NCBI RefSeq assembly: GCF_006345805.1
Contig: NW_021828585.1
Coordinates: 1-7,978, forward strand
Reading direction: 5' to 3'
DNA from: Octopus sinensis
Lineage: Eukaryota
Length of the DNA stretch: 7,978 bases
The first letter of the stretch is position 1; each line of letters begins with the position of its first letter. The notes beneath the pieces were generated by a model. The model was not told the DNA's origin. It did not search any database and was given only the letters and a program-made list of their open reading frames with translations. The position numbers and the translations under genes were made by a program. This document shows positions 7,386 through 7,978 of this stretch, piece after piece.

Positions 7386-7518
7386 TTTTATAGACATTAT
7401 GTACATTCGACGGATATTTGTCCTCATCTTGTTTGTTGTTGACACAACCTTTCGGCTGATATACCCTCCAGCCTTCTTCAGGTGTCTTGGGGAAATTTCG
7501 AACCTGGGTTCTCATTCC
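7386..7518 (-). mobile_element. Inverted copy of the 3' tail of the adjacent tRNA-headed element (Penelope-like tail)
   Basis: Reverse complement of 7508-7518 equals 7679-7689 (ggaatgagaac). Reverse complement of 7388-7437 matches 7690-7739 (aacaaacaagatgaggacaaatatccgtcgaatgta identical). Confidence 0.85.
7441..7486 (-). ncRNA. Minimal type I hammerhead ribozyme motif
   Basis: Minus strand GACAC-CUGAAGA-A-GGCUG-gaggguauau-CAGCC-GAAA-GG-UU-GUGUC: 5-bp helix I (GACAC/GUGUC), conserved CUGANGA and GAAA cores, 5-bp helix II and vestigial helix III. Confidence 0.6.
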
Positions 7519-7525
7519 AAACCAC

Positions 7526-7615
7526 GGGCATTTGGCGAAGTGGTTAAGAGCGCGGGCTACTAACCTGAAGATTCCGAGTTCGATTCCAAGCAGTGACCTG
7601 AACAATAACAATTAC

Positions 7616-7653
<38 letters not shown>

Positions 7654-7783
7654 CAACAACAACATCGAAAATACCTTAGGAATGAGAACAACAAACAAGA
7701 TGAGGACAAATATCCGTCGAATGTAAATAATGTATATAATGTAAATAATGAACATAATTCCTCATCTCTTAAATATAGAACTA
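7526..7783 (+). mobile_element. tRNA-headed SINE-like element: tRNA-like head (7526-7598), (AAT)/(AAC)n spacer, tail with a 70-nt deletion
   Basis: A box TGGCGAAGTGG (7533-7543), B box GAGTTCGATTCC (7576-7587), acceptor stem gggcatt/agtgacc 6 of 7 paired, loop ctactaa resembling tRNA-Arg (CTCCTAA/CTTCTAA). T-stem is broken. The tail at 7664-7783 matches the inverted copy at 7386-7518. Confidence 0.75.
7603..7663. repeat. (AAT)n(AAC)n microsatellite inside the element
   Basis: Directly visible. Confidence 0.95.
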
Positions 7784-7804
7784 GCATTGCAGAAACCTCT
7801 TTCA

Positions 7805-7978
7805 AAATTCCTATTTTGTTTTTCACATGCTCACTTGCGTGGGTTGAACTATGTAAAATGTTAGAGAAAGAAATTTTGCTGTTTCTTGCAATACATATCA
7901 TTACATATATCTAAAGCAAATTTTATTCAGGGTCCCTTCAAATGCTATTGTAGATCCCCAATTTGCTATTTTGTTGCG
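7805..7978 (+). mobile_element. Second, diverged direct copy of the MITE-like repeat (runs off window)
   Basis: Anchors shared with copy 1 at offset ~649: attcctatttt (7158/7807), ctatgtaaaatgt (7200/7849), gctgtttcttgc (7229/7878), tccccaattt (7306/7955). Confidence 0.7.

Noticed and set aside
7526-7598. Functional tRNA gene (apparent anticodon ACT)
   Set aside because: T-stem has three mismatches, the acceptor stem has one, there is no poly-T terminator, and it is fused to a repeat tail. It is a SINE head.
7375-7901. ORFs 7375..7611, 7487..7726, 7560..7901
   Set aside because: They run through the tRNA-like head, (AAT)n tract and repeat tails; poly-N/poly-Y content is a microsatellite artefact.

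Overview
Eukaryotic, repeat-dense, probably intronic or intergenic DNA. The tRNA-derived SINEs and abundant CA/TA/TCTA/AAT microsatellites resemble, from recall and not a database search, an Octopus/cephalopod genome. No intact host gene is recognisable. Two structures stand out. (1) A ~2.6 kb non-LTR-type insertion (~158-2772) with a 12-13 bp target-site duplication splits a tRNA-SINE between its A and B boxes. It carries only a decayed Tx1/L1-like ORF1 (RRM-like region plus CCHC knuckle) and no endonuclease/RT, i.e. a 'half-LINE' (HAL1-like) architecture. (2) A tRNA-headed short element at 7386-7783 has a tail containing a minimal type I hammerhead ribozyme motif of the kind found in Penelope-like elements. 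The motif is present in an inverted tail copy and deleted from the direct copy. The rest is further SINE copies, a MITE-like repeat in two copies, a 43-bp minisatellite, microsatellites and weak candidate exons at 4551-4956.
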